Counted from the stretch's first letter, positions 49,293-60,609 are shown. The stretch: DNA of 64,000 bases from an uncultured bacterium (GCA_963705705.1 CAVPKK010000003.1:64001-128000), one strand, 5' to 3'. The notes: generated from the letters alone by a model not told the origin. Numbers and translations are program-made.

Positions 49293-50605
49293 TCAATCAG
49301 TAGAAATCGGCTGATTTGCCGGTTCCTGAAAAATTAGAACTTCATGAACTCGGGTGGGCGTAGCATGCTGAATTTGGAAACAATAATTGTGGTATGTAAT
49401 ACGTTCACCTTTACGAGGTAAATGTTGTAGCTGTTCAGCCAAAAAGCCGCCTAAAGTGATTGAAGTTTCAGTTTCAAAGGTATATCTAAAACCTCAGAAA
49501 GCTCTTCCAATGGAACGCCAGCATCGACAAGCCATCCGCCTTGTTTAAGCGGTACGATTTTGTCTGATACGGCTTCATGTTCATCAGCAATTTCACCGAC
49601 AATTTCTTCCAACACGTCTTCGAGAGAAACCAATCCCGAAATACCACCAAATTCATTAACTACAATTGCGATATGCATGCGCTGTTGCTTGAATTCTCGC
49701 AATAATTGGTTGACCTTGCTGCTTTCAGGTACAAACATGATTGGTCTCAAAAATTGGCGGAGCAAGGGAGTTTTTCCTGGTTCAGTTGAAAGTAGCAGTG
49801 AAAAAATATCTTTCTGATACACCATGCCAATAATATTTTCTTGGCGTCCATCATATACCGGTAGACGTGAAAAATGCTTTGTCTTAAATACATTTAATGC
49901 GTCTTCGATTGATGCATCTACGTTGATCGACACAATATTGGTGCTCGGCACCATAATCTCTTTGACGGGGGTTTGGCTGAGTGAAAAAATACTTTGCAGC
50001 ATTTCAGTTTTTTCACTTTCCATGAGCCCTTTTTCATCAATATAATCAATAAGGAATTTTACTTCTCGTTCAGAGGTCAGTGTTTCAACGCCTTGCTCAG
50101 CTTCTTTGCCCCAGATAAGTCGTATAAGCCCTTGGGTAAAACTGCCCAATAGGTTAGCTATCGGGTTTAGGATGATATAGAGCAAATTGATAAGCCACAA
50201 AATTGAAGGGAAAAAGCGTTCGCCATACATTTTGGCAAAATTCTTAGGGATGATTTCACCAAAGATCAAAATTGATCCGGTGGCAATTGCTACACCTGCT
50301 GAAAAGCCAAGACCGCGTGAATAGTTAAGGTCGGTAAAGATTTCTTCCATCAAATTCGTAATGGTTGCTGCGGCTGTGGTATTAGCCAAACTACTTGCGA
50401 TGAGAATCATTATGAGCACGCGGTGGGGTGAATGCTCGAGAACCGAAAGAATCCCTTTATAGCTCGTACTTTGATATTGGTGAGCTACTTCTTTGAGTCT
50501 AAAGAGTCTGAGGCCAGTGATGGTTGTTTCGAGGAAAGAAAAGAGCGCTGTAAATAACAGCGCTATAAAAAAACTTATTAATGAAACTAAATGGTCCGAA
50601 GCCAT
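49293..50605 (-). pseudogene. CNNM/CorB-type (DUF21-CBS-CorC) transporter with a frameshift at ~49478
   Basis: FSFLET, FGEIIPK, FSRLPVY, VNEFGG..GLVSLEDVLEEIVGEI.DE; CorC domain continues in another frame (FETETSITLGGFLAEQLQHLPRKGE..) to a stop at 49293. Confidence 0.8.
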
Positions 50606-50665
50606 ATAATCCTCAAACTCTCCTGATTTCCTATTGACTGCCTACATTGCAGTTGATTGCGAAGT

Positions 50666-50685
50666 GGGTTCAGGGCAAGCCCTGG
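50666..50685 (-). repeat. CCAGGGCTTGCCCTGAACCC palindromic unit immediately after the rpoD stop
   Basis: Same unit follows the groES stop and lies inside mnmG. Confidence 0.7.
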
Positions 50686-53082
50686 TTATTCTACTGGTTC
50701 GCTGCCACCACCGGTAGGCATATTATCAAACTCTTTATCAAAAAAGGAGACGAGCTTCTTAGCCCGGCCCGGAGCACGCAACTTACGTAAAGCTTTTACC
50801 TCGATTTGGCGAATGCGTTCACGTGTTACGGCAAAATCCTTACCAACCTCTTCAAGAGTATGTTCAGATGCAACATCAATACCAAAGCGCATCTTTAACA
50901 CTTTTTCTTCGCGTGGTGTAAGTGTTTTTAATACTTCGCGTACTTTTTCTTTTAGATCATTATATGCAACGGTATCCGAAGGTGCGGTTTCATTTTCATT
51001 TTCAATGAAATCCTTAATGAATGCATCTTCGCTATCGCCAACTGGTGTCTCGAGTGAGATCGGCTCTTTTGAGATCTTGATAATATTCTTGATCTTCTTC
51101 TCGTCCAGGTTCAGTTCTTTTGCAAGCTCAGCATAGGTAGGTTCACGCCCATGCTCTTGGAGGAAGGTGCGCTTAATTTTGTTGATCTTGTTTAAGGTTT
51201 CAACCATATGCACTGGCACACGGATGGTGCGAGATTGGTCGGCAATTGCTCGTGTAATGGCCTGGCGAATCCACCAGGTGGCATAGGTAGAAAATTTAAA
51301 TCCGCGTTCAAATTCAAATTTTTCAACCGCCTTTAACAAACCGATGTTACCTTCTTGTATCAAATCCAAGAAGTGGAGACCACGGTTTACATACTTTTTC
51401 GCAATATTAACCACAAGCCGCAAGTTTGCCTTTGCTAAATCATCTTTAGCCTTTTTATCTCGATTTTGGGCAATCAATAATTGGCGATTTAACCGTTCAA
51501 TTTCCGGTCGCGATAAGCCAAGCTCACCCTCCAGCTTCCTGATCGCCTTACGCGCACTGCGCACATTGCGATCCATCTCTTCTAGTAAAGCTTTTTGCTC
51601 TGCAGTCGGCTCGATGCCTTTTCTGCTAATCTGCTTTTGTAGCTGCGTAAGTGCTTGCGTATCACCGGCGATAAGCGTGTCTTTTTCACGCATTTTTTCC
51701 AGCGTCTTTTCTATACGCTTGCCAATCTTTTTGATGAATTTATTTGCTACGCGAATGGTTTTAATGGTTGCGCAAACCTGTTCTTTATTTTCGCGCACTT
51801 TTTGCAACATTTCCTTTTTTGCTGCTTCACCTTCAGGGCCTTCAACCAATCTTGGGCGGTATTGGTGGTAAATGCGCTGCTCATTTTCAACCAGTTCTTT
51901 TATCTTATTGATAATATCAGCTAGCTTCTTTTTCTCATTTTCAAGTTTTGGCAGGTTCTCTTCATCATATTCAGCAAACTGGATGACGTCCTTGAGCGCG
52001 ATAGAGTTTTTGCCAAGGCGTTCGCCGATAATTAGAAATTCTTTGTGAACTGAAGGGAATCGTGAGATTGCGTCAATTGAATCACGCTTTGCCGTGGCAA
52101 TGGCATCAGAAATAACAGTTTCAGTTTTCTTATTAAGAAGGGGGATCTTACCAATATCACGTAGGTAATGTTTAACACCATCGGCAGCAGGTGCTCCCGG
52201 TTCACTGACAATTGTTTTCTCTGCAGGCTCTTCGGCTTCCTCTTCCTCTTCGGCGGCAGAAGCAACTGGCTCGGAAGCTTCTTCTTCCTCGGTATGGAGT
52301 TCCATAGAGGTTTCAAGTTTAGCTTTTAGATCATGCTCAACATTCAGAGTTTCATCTTCTTCAAACTCATTGATGGCAGGTTCGGCTTCCAATTCTTCAG
52401 CCATAACCAACTCAACATTTTCTTTTTCGAGCGCCCGCATCAACTCATTTGCTTCAAATTCAGCAAGATGATTTTTTTCAATGAACTCAGCTAATTCTTC
52501 GTAGCTCAATGCGCCCGCAACCTTTGCCCGCTCGATGAGCGAGGCAACCAGGGGAGCTTTGGCCTCTTGTGCCATCACAGCTTCTACAGCCTTGGTCATT
52601 TTCTTTTCGCCAACGATCTTCTTTTCGCCCGTTACTTTGACTGGCGGTTTTGGTGTTGGCATTGGTTGGATTTTTTTCTCACTTACTGGTTTCGTTGGCA
52701 GGGAAGGCTTTGGCGCCATGTGAGGTTTAGCTGCCGTAGCATGCTCAACTTTTGGTTGCGGCTTGATTGATGGGGTTGCCTTCTTCTCGATCGGTTTGGT
52801 TGAAACCGGAGTTTTAGGCGTAGCTTTTGGTGCCTGAGGTGCTGGCTTCTTACCAACAATAGCCTTCGCAACGGCGGTTGCCTTGGCAAAGATTGTTTTA
52901 GCCAATGAAGCTACTTTTGAGGGTGCTTTCTTTTGCTCTTGTGCTTTTGCACTTGACGTTTTGGTATTGGAACCTTTTGGGGTATCAAGCTTTTTAGGCG
53001 CTACTTTAGCTTGTGCGGGAGCCGTTGCTTTTGATTTTATAACTGGCTTTGCAGAATGTTTTTTTGTGTTGTTTTTTGCCAT
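50686..53082 (-). CDS. rpoD: Primary sigma factor with long Lys/Ala/Pro-rich N-terminal extension
   Basis: [77 protein letters not shown]. Confidence 0.97.
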   Translation of the reverse strand: MAKNNTKKHSAKPVIKSKATAPAQAKVAPKKLDTPKGSNTKTSSAKAQEQKKAPSKVASLAKTIFAKATAVAKAIVGKKPAPQAPKATPKTPVSTKPIEKKATPSIKPQPKVEHATAAKPHMAPKPSLPTKPVSEKKIQPMPTPKPPVKVTGEKKIVGEKKMTKAVEAVMAQEAKAPLVASLIERAKVAGALSYEELAEFIEKNHLAEFEANELMRALEKENVELVMAEELEAEPAINEFEEDETLNVEHDLKAKLETSMELHTEEEEASEPVASAAEEEEEAEEPAEKTIVSEPGAPAADGVKHYLRDIGKIPLLNKKTETVISDAIATAKRDSIDAISRFPSVHKEFLIIGERLGKNSIALKDVIQFAEYDEENLPKLENEKKKLADIINKIKELVENEQRIYHQYRPRLVEGPEGEAAKKEMLQKVRENKEQVCATIKTIRVANKFIKKIGKRIEKTLEKMREKDTLIAGDTQALTQLQKQISRKGIEPTAEQKALLEEMDRNVRSARKAIRKLEGELGLSRPEIERLNRQLLIAQNRDKKAKDDLAKANLRLVVNIAKKYVNRGLHFLDLIQEGNIGLLKAVEKFEFERGFKFSTYATWWIRQAITRAIADQSRTIRVPVHMVETLNKINKIKRTFLQEHGREPTYAELAKELNLDEKKIKNIIKISKEPISLETPVGDSEDAFIKDFIENENETAPSDTVAYNDLKEKVREVLKTLTPREEKVLKMRFGIDVASEHTLEEVGKDFAVTRERIRQIEVKALRKLRAPGRAKKLVSFFDKEFDNMPTGGGSEPVE

Positions 53083-53099
53083 GTTGTTTTGCCCCTAAG

Positions 53100-54944
53100 T
53101 TATGCTTGCCGCATGTTATGCTTCAACTCTTCAAATTTTGCTAACAATTCTTGAACGCGCGCTTCGTTGCGTTCTGCTTGTGCCGTTGCTAATGCGATGC
53201 GTAAATCATGCATCTGGGTTTGCCATTGTTTCTTCTGAAACTGTTGAAATAGTTGTTCGATAGTACGAATATCCTCTTCATCACTGAGTATGAGCTGTGC
53301 TGTTAATTGTTGTTGTTCTGCTGGTAGGGTTGCTATGAATTCTCCCAGGCCACATTCTGGTTGCGCCATACGCGCCTGCAAAATCAGTTGTATCTGTGGC
53401 GAAAAGGTAGAAATTATATTAGCAGATAGCACTTTTTCAAAGGATAACGTGCCCGAAAGTATAGCAGAAGCCAGTTTTTTCTCTATGAGGGGTAGTTCGG
53501 GACTTGGTTCATCTTCTTCATTTTTTGTTGACTCAGAGATTGGAGGCCCCTCAACCTTATGTGACGAACGCTTTTCAAGTCGAACCTCCTCTAATACTAT
53601 TTGGGTCGGAACACCCATTATGCCGCTCGCCTGCTGGAGCAGTAATCCCTGTTTTAAGGGCTCGGTTATGTTGCGAAGTAGGCTAATGATTTTATGACCA
53701 ATCTTTAACTTTTCAGCCAGGGGCAGCTGGGTAAAACCGGTACCAAGACTATCAATATAAAATGTAAAAAGGTCTTTGGCCTGAGCTATGTATTGGTCTA
53801 GGGGACCGACTATATTTTCGGAATCAGGTGTTCCCTGATTCCGTTGTTGCGAAGCAACAAATCCTGGTGTGCAGGGAGGAGTCCCTGCTGGGAGCAGGGC
53901 GAAGCCCGCTAATACCGATGCCGGATCTTGGCCTGGAGGAAGGGTGATGACCTTGAGTTCCAAGTTAACTTCCCAGCAGAGTTCGGCTAGCCGGAGCATG
54001 GCCTTTTGGCCAGCGGCATCACCATCATATAAAACATAAACAGTGTGAACGTGGCGGGATAATAGTTTAAGGTGCTCGGAGGTGCAGGCAGTACCAAGGG
54101 TGGCTACGGTATTGGTATAACCGGCCTGTGCCATGGCAATGCAGTCGGTATATCCCTCAACCAAAAATACAGTGCCCTTTTGATGCATGGCCGATTTTGC
54201 CATATCGAAGCCAAATAGCAGAGATCCTTTTATAAAAAAATCATGCTCGCGTGAGTTATAATACTTAGCCCGCTCATCTTTTTCTCTGAAGACACGCCCG
54301 CCAAAACCACACATCCGGCCAACCTGATCTTTAATGGGGAATAAGAGGCGCTCTTCAAATGGGGAATAGAGCATCTGCCGCCCTTGTTCTACCAAGTGCC
54401 AATTCAATAGATCATCAATCAGAAATTTCTTTGTTGCCAGATGAGAAATAAGTAGCTTAAGCCCCGGACCGCCGGGCAGATAACCAATGGACCATTGTTT
54501 TAAAGTCTCAGCCGTGAATCCACGCTTAATAAAATAATTTAATGCTATTGGTGTTTTGAGTAACTGTTCGTGAGTCCAAGCGGCTACCGTGGCATAGAGC
54601 TCATGAAAACGTTTCCGCTCATCAGAGGAGCTAGAACCATGTGCGGCTGTAAGAAGCTCCGGGGGAACTTCAAGTTGATAGCGCTCGATTAAGAACTTTG
54701 CGGCATCCAGCGGTGCACAATGTTCCGCTTTTTCTATAAAACCAATTACATCGCCGGTTACATGGCAACCGAAGCAATAAAAAATCTCTTTAAGCGGACT
54801 GACCGTAAATGATGCAGTCCGTTCACTATGGAAAGGACACGGCCCTTTGTAATAACCACCGGCCTTTTTAAGCGCAGCATATTCTGATGCTACATCCAGT
54901 ATTTGAATACGTGATTTTACGAAGGTGAATAGGTTTGAGGCCAT
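53100..54944 (-). CDS. dnaG: DNA primase
   Basis: CPFH.E.T.SF..FYCFGC zinc finger, FGGR, KYYNS, TOPRIM VEGYTD, YDGDAAG; upstream of rpoD. Confidence 0.96.
   Translation of the reverse strand: MASNLFTFVKSRIQILDVASEYAALKKAGGYYKGPCPFHSERTASFTVSPLKEIFYCFGCHVTGDVIGFIEKAEHCAPLDAAKFLIERYQLEVPPELLTAAHGSSSSDERKRFHELYATVAAWTHEQLLKTPIALNYFIKRGFTAETLKQWSIGYLPGGPGLKLLISHLATKKFLIDDLLNWHLVEQGRQMLYSPFEERLLFPIKDQVGRMCGFGGRVFREKDERAKYYNSREHDFFIKGSLLFGFDMAKSAMHQKGTVFLVEGYTDCIAMAQAGYTNTVATLGTACTSEHLKLLSRHVHTVYVLYDGDAAGQKAMLRLAELCWEVNLELKVITLPPGQDPASVLAGFALLPAGTPPCTPGFVASQQRNQGTPDSENIVGPLDQYIAQAKDLFTFYIDSLGTGFTQLPLAEKLKIGHKIISLLRNITEPLKQGLLLQQASGIMGVPTQIVLEEVRLEKRSSHKVEGPPISESTKNEEDEPSPELPLIEKKLASAILSGTLSFEKVLSANIISTFSPQIQLILQARMAQPECGLGEFIATLPAEQQQLTAQLILSDEEDIRTIEQLFQQFQKKQWQTQMHDLRIALATAQAERNEARVQELLAKFEELKHNMRQA
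53819..53910 (-). repeat. Four tandem DNA hairpins inserted in frame in dnaG
   Basis: CGGAATCAGG-TGTTC-CCTGATTCCG; TTGTTGC-GAA-GCAACAA; GCAGGGA-GGAG-TCCCTGC; GGGC-GAA-GCCC. Confidence 0.75.
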
Positions 54945-56839
54945 GATCTTTTTTCTCTGATTCTAAAGATTAAAAGTGAGATCGCGGCCGGCGTTATGCC
55001 GGGAATAAGAGACGCTTGTGCAATTGTTTGCGGCTTGAACTTAATGAGCTTTTGTTTGAGCTCAGTCGACAATCCCTCAATGCCGTTAATGTCTAACCAG
55101 TCCGGAATTTTTAGTTCTTGAAACATGCGCGCTTTTTCTACTTCCTTAAGCTCACGCGCAATGTATGGGCCATACTGAATTTCTGCCTGAACACTCAATA
55201 ATGCCCGATCGGAAAGTTCTGAATTGAGTGCTCGAAGTTCGGCATGCCTAGATAAGGTTGAGTTAATCTCGCAGATTGTTTGGTCACAGTTATTGATTTC
55301 AGGTTGATCTGACTGCGGAGCGAGAGATTGCTCCTCGGGTCCAGGGCCTCGCCCTGGTAAAAACATCTCGAACAGTTGCTGCGGTGTCTTGCTTGCCTTT
55401 AGTTTTTTAACCGTATCATCAACCAATTCTTTTTCGCGTTTTATAGCAGAAAACAATGGATCATCTATTAAACCTAAAGCATGGGAGCGAGTGCCTAGGC
55501 GATCAAAAACGTTATCCTGCCGCAATAACAATCTTCGTTCAGCGCGAGAGGTAAACATTCGATATGGTTCATCAACACCCAGGGTAACCAGATCATCGAT
55601 CATAATACCTATATAACTTTCTTGCCGGTCGAGAATGAAAGCCTCTTGAACTCCTTTTGTCTTTAACGCTGCATTAATTCCCGCAATGATTCCTTGGCCA
55701 GCGGCTTCTTCATAACCAGTAGTGCCATTAATTTGTCCCGCGCAAAAGAGACCGGAAATCTTTTTGGTTTCTAATGAGTGATTGAGCTGGTTTGGTAAAA
55801 TAAAGTCATATTCTACTGCATAGCCCGGGCGAACAATGGTTGCATTTTCAAACCCCTGGATTGTGCGCACATATTGAAGTTGGACTTCATAGGGCAAAGA
55901 GGTCGAAATGCCGTTTGGATAAATTTCTTCTGAAGAGGCGCTTTCCGGTTCTACAAAAATTTGATGAGAAGTTTTATGAGGGAAGCGAGCAATCTTATCT
56001 TCAATGCTTGGGCAATAGCGCGGGCCAATTCCTTTAATATTACCACTGTACATGGGCGAAAGGTGAAGATTGTCTGCAATAATTTTATGCGTCTGTTCAT
56101 TGGTTCGCGTGATATAACAATCGCGCGTTGTTTGCACTTCTAATCCATTGAACTCAAACAAATAGGTGAGCTTTTCAGTTTCCTGTTTTTCCATACGACT
56201 GAAATCCAAGCTCGAACGCAATAAGCGCGGAGGTGTTCCGGTTTTTAGCCGACCCATTTCAAGACCAAGTTTATGGATGAAGGTAGAAAGATTTGCGACC
56301 GCCTCTTCTCCCTGGCGACCAGCAGAATAGTTAGTTTGGCCGACATGGATGAGCCCTTTGAGGAATGTACCGGTAGTAATAACAACAGCGGGTGCAGTAT
56401 ACGAAGCACCTTCACGCGTTTTCAAACCGCGAATCTCATTGTTTTCAATAAGCAACTCTTCCACCATACCTTGGACAATCGTAAGATGTGGCGTTTGCGC
56501 CAAGGTTTCTTGGGCTAGTTTGTTGTAGGCATGTTTGTCGATTTGCAATCTGAGGCCATGAACCGCCGGACCTTTGCTCGTATTAAGCATGCGAGCTTGT
56601 AGATAGGTTTTGCTGCAGAGCTTGGGCATTAAACCGCCCAGGGCAGCAATTTCAAATACAATGTGGCCTTTGCCAACGCCGCCGACTGCCGGATTGCAGG
56701 GCATATAACCAATGCGATCAATGTTGAGGGTAACTAATAACGTGCGCCGGCCCAAACGTGCTGCGGCGTAGGCAGCCTCAATACCAGCGTGGCCACCACC
56801 GACCACAATAACATCAAAATCGTATGTTGAATTGCTCAT
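54917..56839 (-). CDS. mnmG: tRNA uridine 5-carboxymethylaminomethyl modification enzyme MnmG (GidA)
   Basis: [64 protein letters not shown]. Confidence 0.98.
   Translation of the reverse strand: MSNSTYDFDVIVVGGGHAGIEAAYAAARLGRRTLLVTLNIDRIGYMPCNPAVGGVGKGHIVFEIAALGGLMPKLCSKTYLQARMLNTSKGPAVHGLRLQIDKHAYNKLAQETLAQTPHLTIVQGMVEELLIENNEIRGLKTREGASYTAPAVVITTGTFLKGLIHVGQTNYSAGRQGEEAVANLSTFIHKLGLEMGRLKTGTPPRLLRSSLDFSRMEKQETEKLTYLFEFNGLEVQTTRDCYITRTNEQTHKIIADNLHLSPMYSGNIKGIGPRYCPSIEDKIARFPHKTSHQIFVEPESASSEEIYPNGISTSLPYEVQLQYVRTIQGFENATIVRPGYAVEYDFILPNQLNHSLETKKISGLFCAGQINGTTGYEEAAGQGIIAGINAALKTKGVQEAFILDRQESYIGIMIDDLVTLGVDEPYRMFTSRAERRLLLRQDNVFDRLGTRSHALGLIDDPLFSAIKREKELVDDTVKKLKASKTPQQLFEMFLPGRGPGPEEQSLAPQSDQPEINNCDQTICEINSTLSRHAELRALNSELSDRALLSVQAEIQYGPYIARELKEVEKARMFQELKIPDWLDINGIEGLSTELKQKLIKFKPQTIAQASLIPGITPAAISLLIFRIREKRSWPQTYSPS
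55317..55358 (-). repeat. Palindromic unit inserted in frame in mnmG
   Basis: Coding strand CCAGGGCGAGGCCCTGGACCC followed by a GGAGC..GCTCC hairpin; encodes [14 protein letters not shown]. Confidence 0.7.
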
Positions 56840-56965
56840 AATTTTTGTAATACTTCGGATTTCTAAAAGGTCATGGTAGTGTAGTGGAAATTATCTGGGG
56901 TGCAAAAGCATTCTTGGACCTATTCAGATTAATTCTTCGCAAAAGATTTGACTAGAAATCCGATA

Positions 56966-57044
56966 ATCCTGAGTTGATCGAAGTTGGGGTCCCCGAACTT
57001 GGGTTCCCTCTCAGGGTGAGTTTGGGGTAAAAGGATCAGAGCGG
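56966..57044 (+). repeat. Compound repeat upstream of lgt (ATCCTGAG..TCGAAG plus GGGGTCCCC..GGGGTAAAA)
   Basis: 56987-57032 is the reverse complement of 39726-39771 with about 5 mismatches in 46 nt. Confidence 0.8.
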
Positions 57045-57102
57045 AAAGAAGGTATTCGCTGACCCATAAAAATAAATTCAGTAAATTCATCAACGCAATA
57101 TT

Positions 57103-57840
57103 ATGAACCCAATCTTACTACCCATTTACGGCCCAGTTTCCATCCAAGCCTGGGGCTTCATGATAGTCTTAGGCTTATTGATCACCACCTATCTTATGCG
57201 TCGCGATCCTAGTAAAGATATGACTGACGACCAGTTATATACCCTTATAACGGGCTGTATTATCTGGGGGGTTATCGGATGCCGACTTCTCTATATTGTA
57301 ACAACACCTGATATGACGTTATGGGATCGTGTTTTTTCCTTGAGCGGTGGTGCGATTTTGGGCGGTATCATAGCCGACATTTTATTCATTGTTTGGTATG
57401 CCAAGCATATCGGCAAGCCTGCATTTAAAGTTCTTGATTTTGTTGGCCTGTATACGCCTTTTCTCTATTCCTTTGGCCGCATCGGCTGTTTTTTTGCCGG
57501 TTGCTGCTACGGCGCACCGACTACAATTGCTTGGGCGGTAACCTATACCCATCCTGAATCCGCAGCTCCATTATGCGTTGCTTTACACCCAAGCCAACTA
57601 TATAGCTCAGCTTCATTGGCGGTCATTTTCATTTTTTTATATTGGATTCGGCCACGATTATCCCATTCAGGACAATTAATTTCCCTGAGCGTCTTTCTCA
57701 TGAGCATGGAACGGTTTGTTAATGACTTCTTCCGTGAAGAGCATGGCTCTGGCTTGATTAGTCAAATGCAATGGTTAGCACTTGGAATGGCTGTTTTGTC
57801 TGCAATAATGTTTGTGGCTGTGAGCTGTAAACGACGTTAG
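57103..57840 (+). CDS. lgt: Prolipoprotein diacylglyceryl transferase
   Basis: G.RLLY, GG...GG, GRIGCFFAGCCYG, HPSQLY, RF..DFFR. Confidence 0.9.
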   Translation: MNPILLPIYGPVSIQAWGFMIVLGLLITTYLMRRDPSKDMTDDQLYTLITGCIIWGVIGCRLLYIVTTPDMTLWDRVFSLSGGAILGGIIADILFIVWYAKHIGKPAFKVLDFVGLYTPFLYSFGRIGCFFAGCCYGAPTTIAWAVTYTHPESAAPLCVALHPSQLYSSASLAVIFIFLYWIRPRLSHSGQLISLSVFLMSMERFVNDFFREEHGSGLISQMQWLALGMAVLSAIMFVAVSCKRR

Positions 57841-58025
57841 AGCTTTGAAAGTTCGCAAAAGGCTTCGTTATATTCCCTGAGCGTTTCTTCTAGAACTTGT
57901 TGGAATTTCTTTTCTTTGCTGACTGCAGAAGTTTCACGTTTCTTAGGAATAGCTGTTTTTTGGTGCCAGCTTTTTTAGTTGGCTGCCGACCAATGTTCTT
58001 TTTTAATTTCTTAATTTTTCGTCCG
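57837..58025 (-). pseudogene. Possible small antitoxin-like relic
   Basis: Lys-rich frame joined across an A6 run to ..KFQQVLEETLREYNEAFCELSKL*; no clear start codon. Confidence 0.25.
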
Positions 58026-58026
58026 A

Positions 58027-58359
58027 TTAATCTTCAATAACTGCTGATTCATGTGGCTTAAGAAGTATCAACTTTGTATTGATATGATCTTCAAAATTAT
58101 TAGAAACCCGTCTCAATTTTAATAACACATACCCATCGTCAGGCATACATTTTTCTCCAAAGGTCAAGAGATTATGGAATGTTGCTCGGCCGCAGGATTC
58201 AACTAGATAATTTGGATATCCTTCGTTATCAAATGTTGTTGCAAAAACAAGTGTGTCACCATTATAAGGATCAGTTTTTCTTATTTCGACCTGACGCGCA
58301 GAGTGTTGTGGAGAGCTGGCAAGCATGAGCATACTTATTAGTAAACCGATAAGTTTCAT
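58027..58359 (-). CDS. Small secreted hypothetical protein
   Basis: Signal peptide MKLIGLLISMLMLA; SD GGAAGGA. Confidence 0.6.
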   Translation of the reverse strand: MKLIGLLISMLMLASSPQHSARQVEIRKTDPYNGDTLVFATTFDNEGYPNYLVESCGRATFHNLLTFGEKCMPDDGYVLLKLRRVSNNFEDHINTKLILLKPHESAVIED

Positions 58360-58426
58360 TCGATTCCTTCCAATTTGATGTGTGCAATGTCTAATTAAAA
58401 CATTGATTCATTATAATCTATTTAAT

Positions 58427-59452
58427 TTAATGAGCTTCTGTTCTCAAAAATCGATCAGCATCAATAGCGGCCCTGATACCGTCACCGGCTGCAATGCCCG
58501 CTTGGTGGTAGTCGCTATCAGCAACATCACCCGCAGCGAAGACACCAGGAATAGAAGTTTTTTGGCTTTGACCAGATACCGCAATGTAGCCATGTTTATC
58601 AAGCTTGAGCTTGCCGCGAACTAAAGAGCTATTTGGTTCATGACCGATAGCAATGAAAACGCCGTCGACTGGCATAGTTGTTGGTCCTGCGCGTTTTGTA
58701 GTATCAACAATCTCAAGGTCCAATATCTTTTTTTGTCTCTTCTTTTCTGGATCTTGTATCGTTTTGCCTGACACGCTTTTTATTTCGGTATTGAAGCGAA
58801 CTTCTACATTCTTCGCCTCAGCTACTCGCTTTTGCATGATATCTGATGCGCGGAATTTTGGAGCGCGAACAAACATGGTTACTTGTTTAGCATATACTGC
58901 AACCTGAAGAGCTTCTTCAATCGCCGCATCGCCGCCACCGACAACTACCACTTGTTTATTCTTGTATAACGGAGCATCGCAGATCGCGCAGGTGCTTATA
59001 CCGTCGCCTAATAGCTCCTGCTCGCCAGGAACCCCAAGCATTTTTGGATTGGATCCAGTAGCAATAATTACCGAGCGGGCCAGAACTTCTGCTCCATCAT
59101 CAGTTTTGATCGCAAATGGCCGTTTTGATATATCAAGATTTGTAACTACATCTTCAAGATGGTGGGCGCCATAGGAAGTTGCTTGTTCAGAAAGATGACC
59201 CATAAGATTCATGCCGCCAGTGCGAGAAACACCAGGCCAGTTTTCGATAGCTGAGGTTTTGCTGAGTTGCCCACCTGGCGTATTGCCAGTGATAACTAGC
59301 GTGTTATTGCCGAGTCGAGCACCATAAAGCGCTGCACTCCATCCCGCGGGGCCAGATCCAATGATAGCAATATCAACAAGTTTCGGTTGCTGTGCGGCAT
59401 GGATTGAGCTACAAAACAAACCAAGGAATAATAAGAAAGAATAATGCTTCAT
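58427..59452 (-). CDS. trxB: Thioredoxin reductase with N-terminal signal peptide
   Basis: IIGSGPAG, GGQL..T..IENWPG, IIATGS, CAICD, GGGD.A.EEA, GVFAAGDV.D. Confidence 0.9.
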   Translation of the reverse strand: MKHYSFLLFLGLFCSSIHAAQQPKLVDIAIIGSGPAGWSAALYGARLGNNTLVITGNTPGGQLSKTSAIENWPGVSRTGGMNLMGHLSEQATSYGAHHLEDVVTNLDISKRPFAIKTDDGAEVLARSVIIATGSNPKMLGVPGEQELLGDGISTCAICDAPLYKNKQVVVVGGGDAAIEEALQVAVYAKQVTMFVRAPKFRASDIMQKRVAEAKNVEVRFNTEIKSVSGKTIQDPEKKRQKKILDLEIVDTTKRAGPTTMPVDGVFIAIGHEPNSSLVRGKLKLDKHGYIAVSGQSQKTSIPGVFAAGDVADSDYHQAGIAAGDGIRAAIDADRFLRTEAH

Positions 59453-59488
59453 TAGGCCTTTTTCCCTTTCAACGCGGCATCGCGTGAT

Positions 59489-60133
59489 CTATTTCTTTTT
59501 AGTTTCCATTAATGGATTAAGGCGCATTATCAACGCAGGCCACTTCATGGGGTCAGACGTTAAAAATTCTCTCTTAAAGTCTGAAGGCAAAAGACTTTTA
59601 ATATGTGGTTTGCCTAATTTATTTTTTAATTCAAGTATTTTGTTTTCACCTAAGCAATCGATAATGGCATCACGTAAGGAAGTATACACACCTTCACTAT
59701 CGTCGCACAAGATTTCCGATAGGGCTAAGAATGTATCTAGCTGTGAAAAGCAAGTAATGTTGGTTGGAACAACAAAAGGTTTTTTAGGGCCACGCATCAA
59801 CTGTTCGGCAAGTTTATTAAATACAGCTTCACGCATTTCTCGTGGCATGTGGCGAATAACCTCCGCCTTTTCCTCATATGAAGCAGCGAGTAACGCTTGG
59901 GCATCTATAAGTTCCATTTCCCCTGTGCCTGATCGTTTTGGAATGCGATTAACTTCTGCCTCAAGCATGTATCCAACGAGTTGATCTATAAGCTCAGGTT
60001 TGATTTGATCACGATGCTCAAGGTATTCATGTCGCACCTTAGGACCACGGGGTGCACTCGCCTCTGCCATTGATGCATAAGCACATGTCAGGAGTGTGAT
60101 CGAAAATGCGATGTTCTTAATATTCTTTTTCAT
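59489..60133 (-). CDS. Secreted hypothetical protein
   Basis: Signal peptide MKKNIKNIAFSITLLTCAYASMA; SD TGGAG. Confidence 0.65.
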   Translation of the reverse strand: MKKNIKNIAFSITLLTCAYASMAEASAPRGPKVRHEYLEHRDQIKPELIDQLVGYMLEAEVNRIPKRSGTGEMELIDAQALLAASYEEKAEVIRHMPREMREAVFNKLAEQLMRGPKKPFVVPTNITCFSQLDTFLALSEILCDDSEGVYTSLRDAIIDCLGENKILELKNKLGKPHIKSLLPSDFKREFLTSDPMKWPALIMRLNPLMETKKK

Positions 60134-60462
60134 GATAGTTCTCCAAGGTTAAAACCTTCGACGACTCTAGCGCCCAATCATTCTCCATTTTTGAGCGGTT
60201 CTTTTTCCCCGAGCCGTTAAATTATATGTCTTGTAGTTCCTTACTTTCCTTTTAAGGGTAACGGCCATTCTAATGGGCAAAACTCAATAGTCAAAGCCTT
60301 TTTGTACATATAGAAATGTTTACCATTGATTATTTTACGCTGCCTGAGTTATAGAATAGAAGAATGCATATTGCGAATTTTAGTTATTTCGATGCCTTGA
60401 GAATTGCCTGAATGATGTCATGACTTAGATAGTCGCAGAACCTCTTGGTTTGATCCTCAACG

Positions 60463-60497
60463 CTCGGGTTCCCCTTTTAGGATGAGATTGGGGTAAA
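60463..60497 (+). repeat. Degenerate third copy of the GGGTTCCC..GGGGTAAA element, upstream of mraY
   Basis: CTCGGGTTCCCCTTTTAGGATGAGATTGGGGTAAA aligns with the 39726 and 56987 copies. Confidence 0.7.
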
Positions 60498-60609
60498 TGA
60501 ATATCCGCGATGATGACATGCAAAGAAAACAGGTTCATAAGGTCTTTATGCCTTCAAAAATTTAAGTAATAAGTTAACTTTGCAAAGCAGTTAAAAGTTT
60601 TAGGACCCC

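Noticed and set aside
60134..60460. Long intergenic region as a tRNA or riboswitch (GCCGTTA..TAACGGC pairing)
   Set aside because: No cloverleaf or recognisable aptamer; a single weak stem is insufficient
39726..60497. Dispersed repeats as a CRISPR array or IS ends
   Set aside because: Not regularly spaced, no spacers, and no cas or transposase gene in the window
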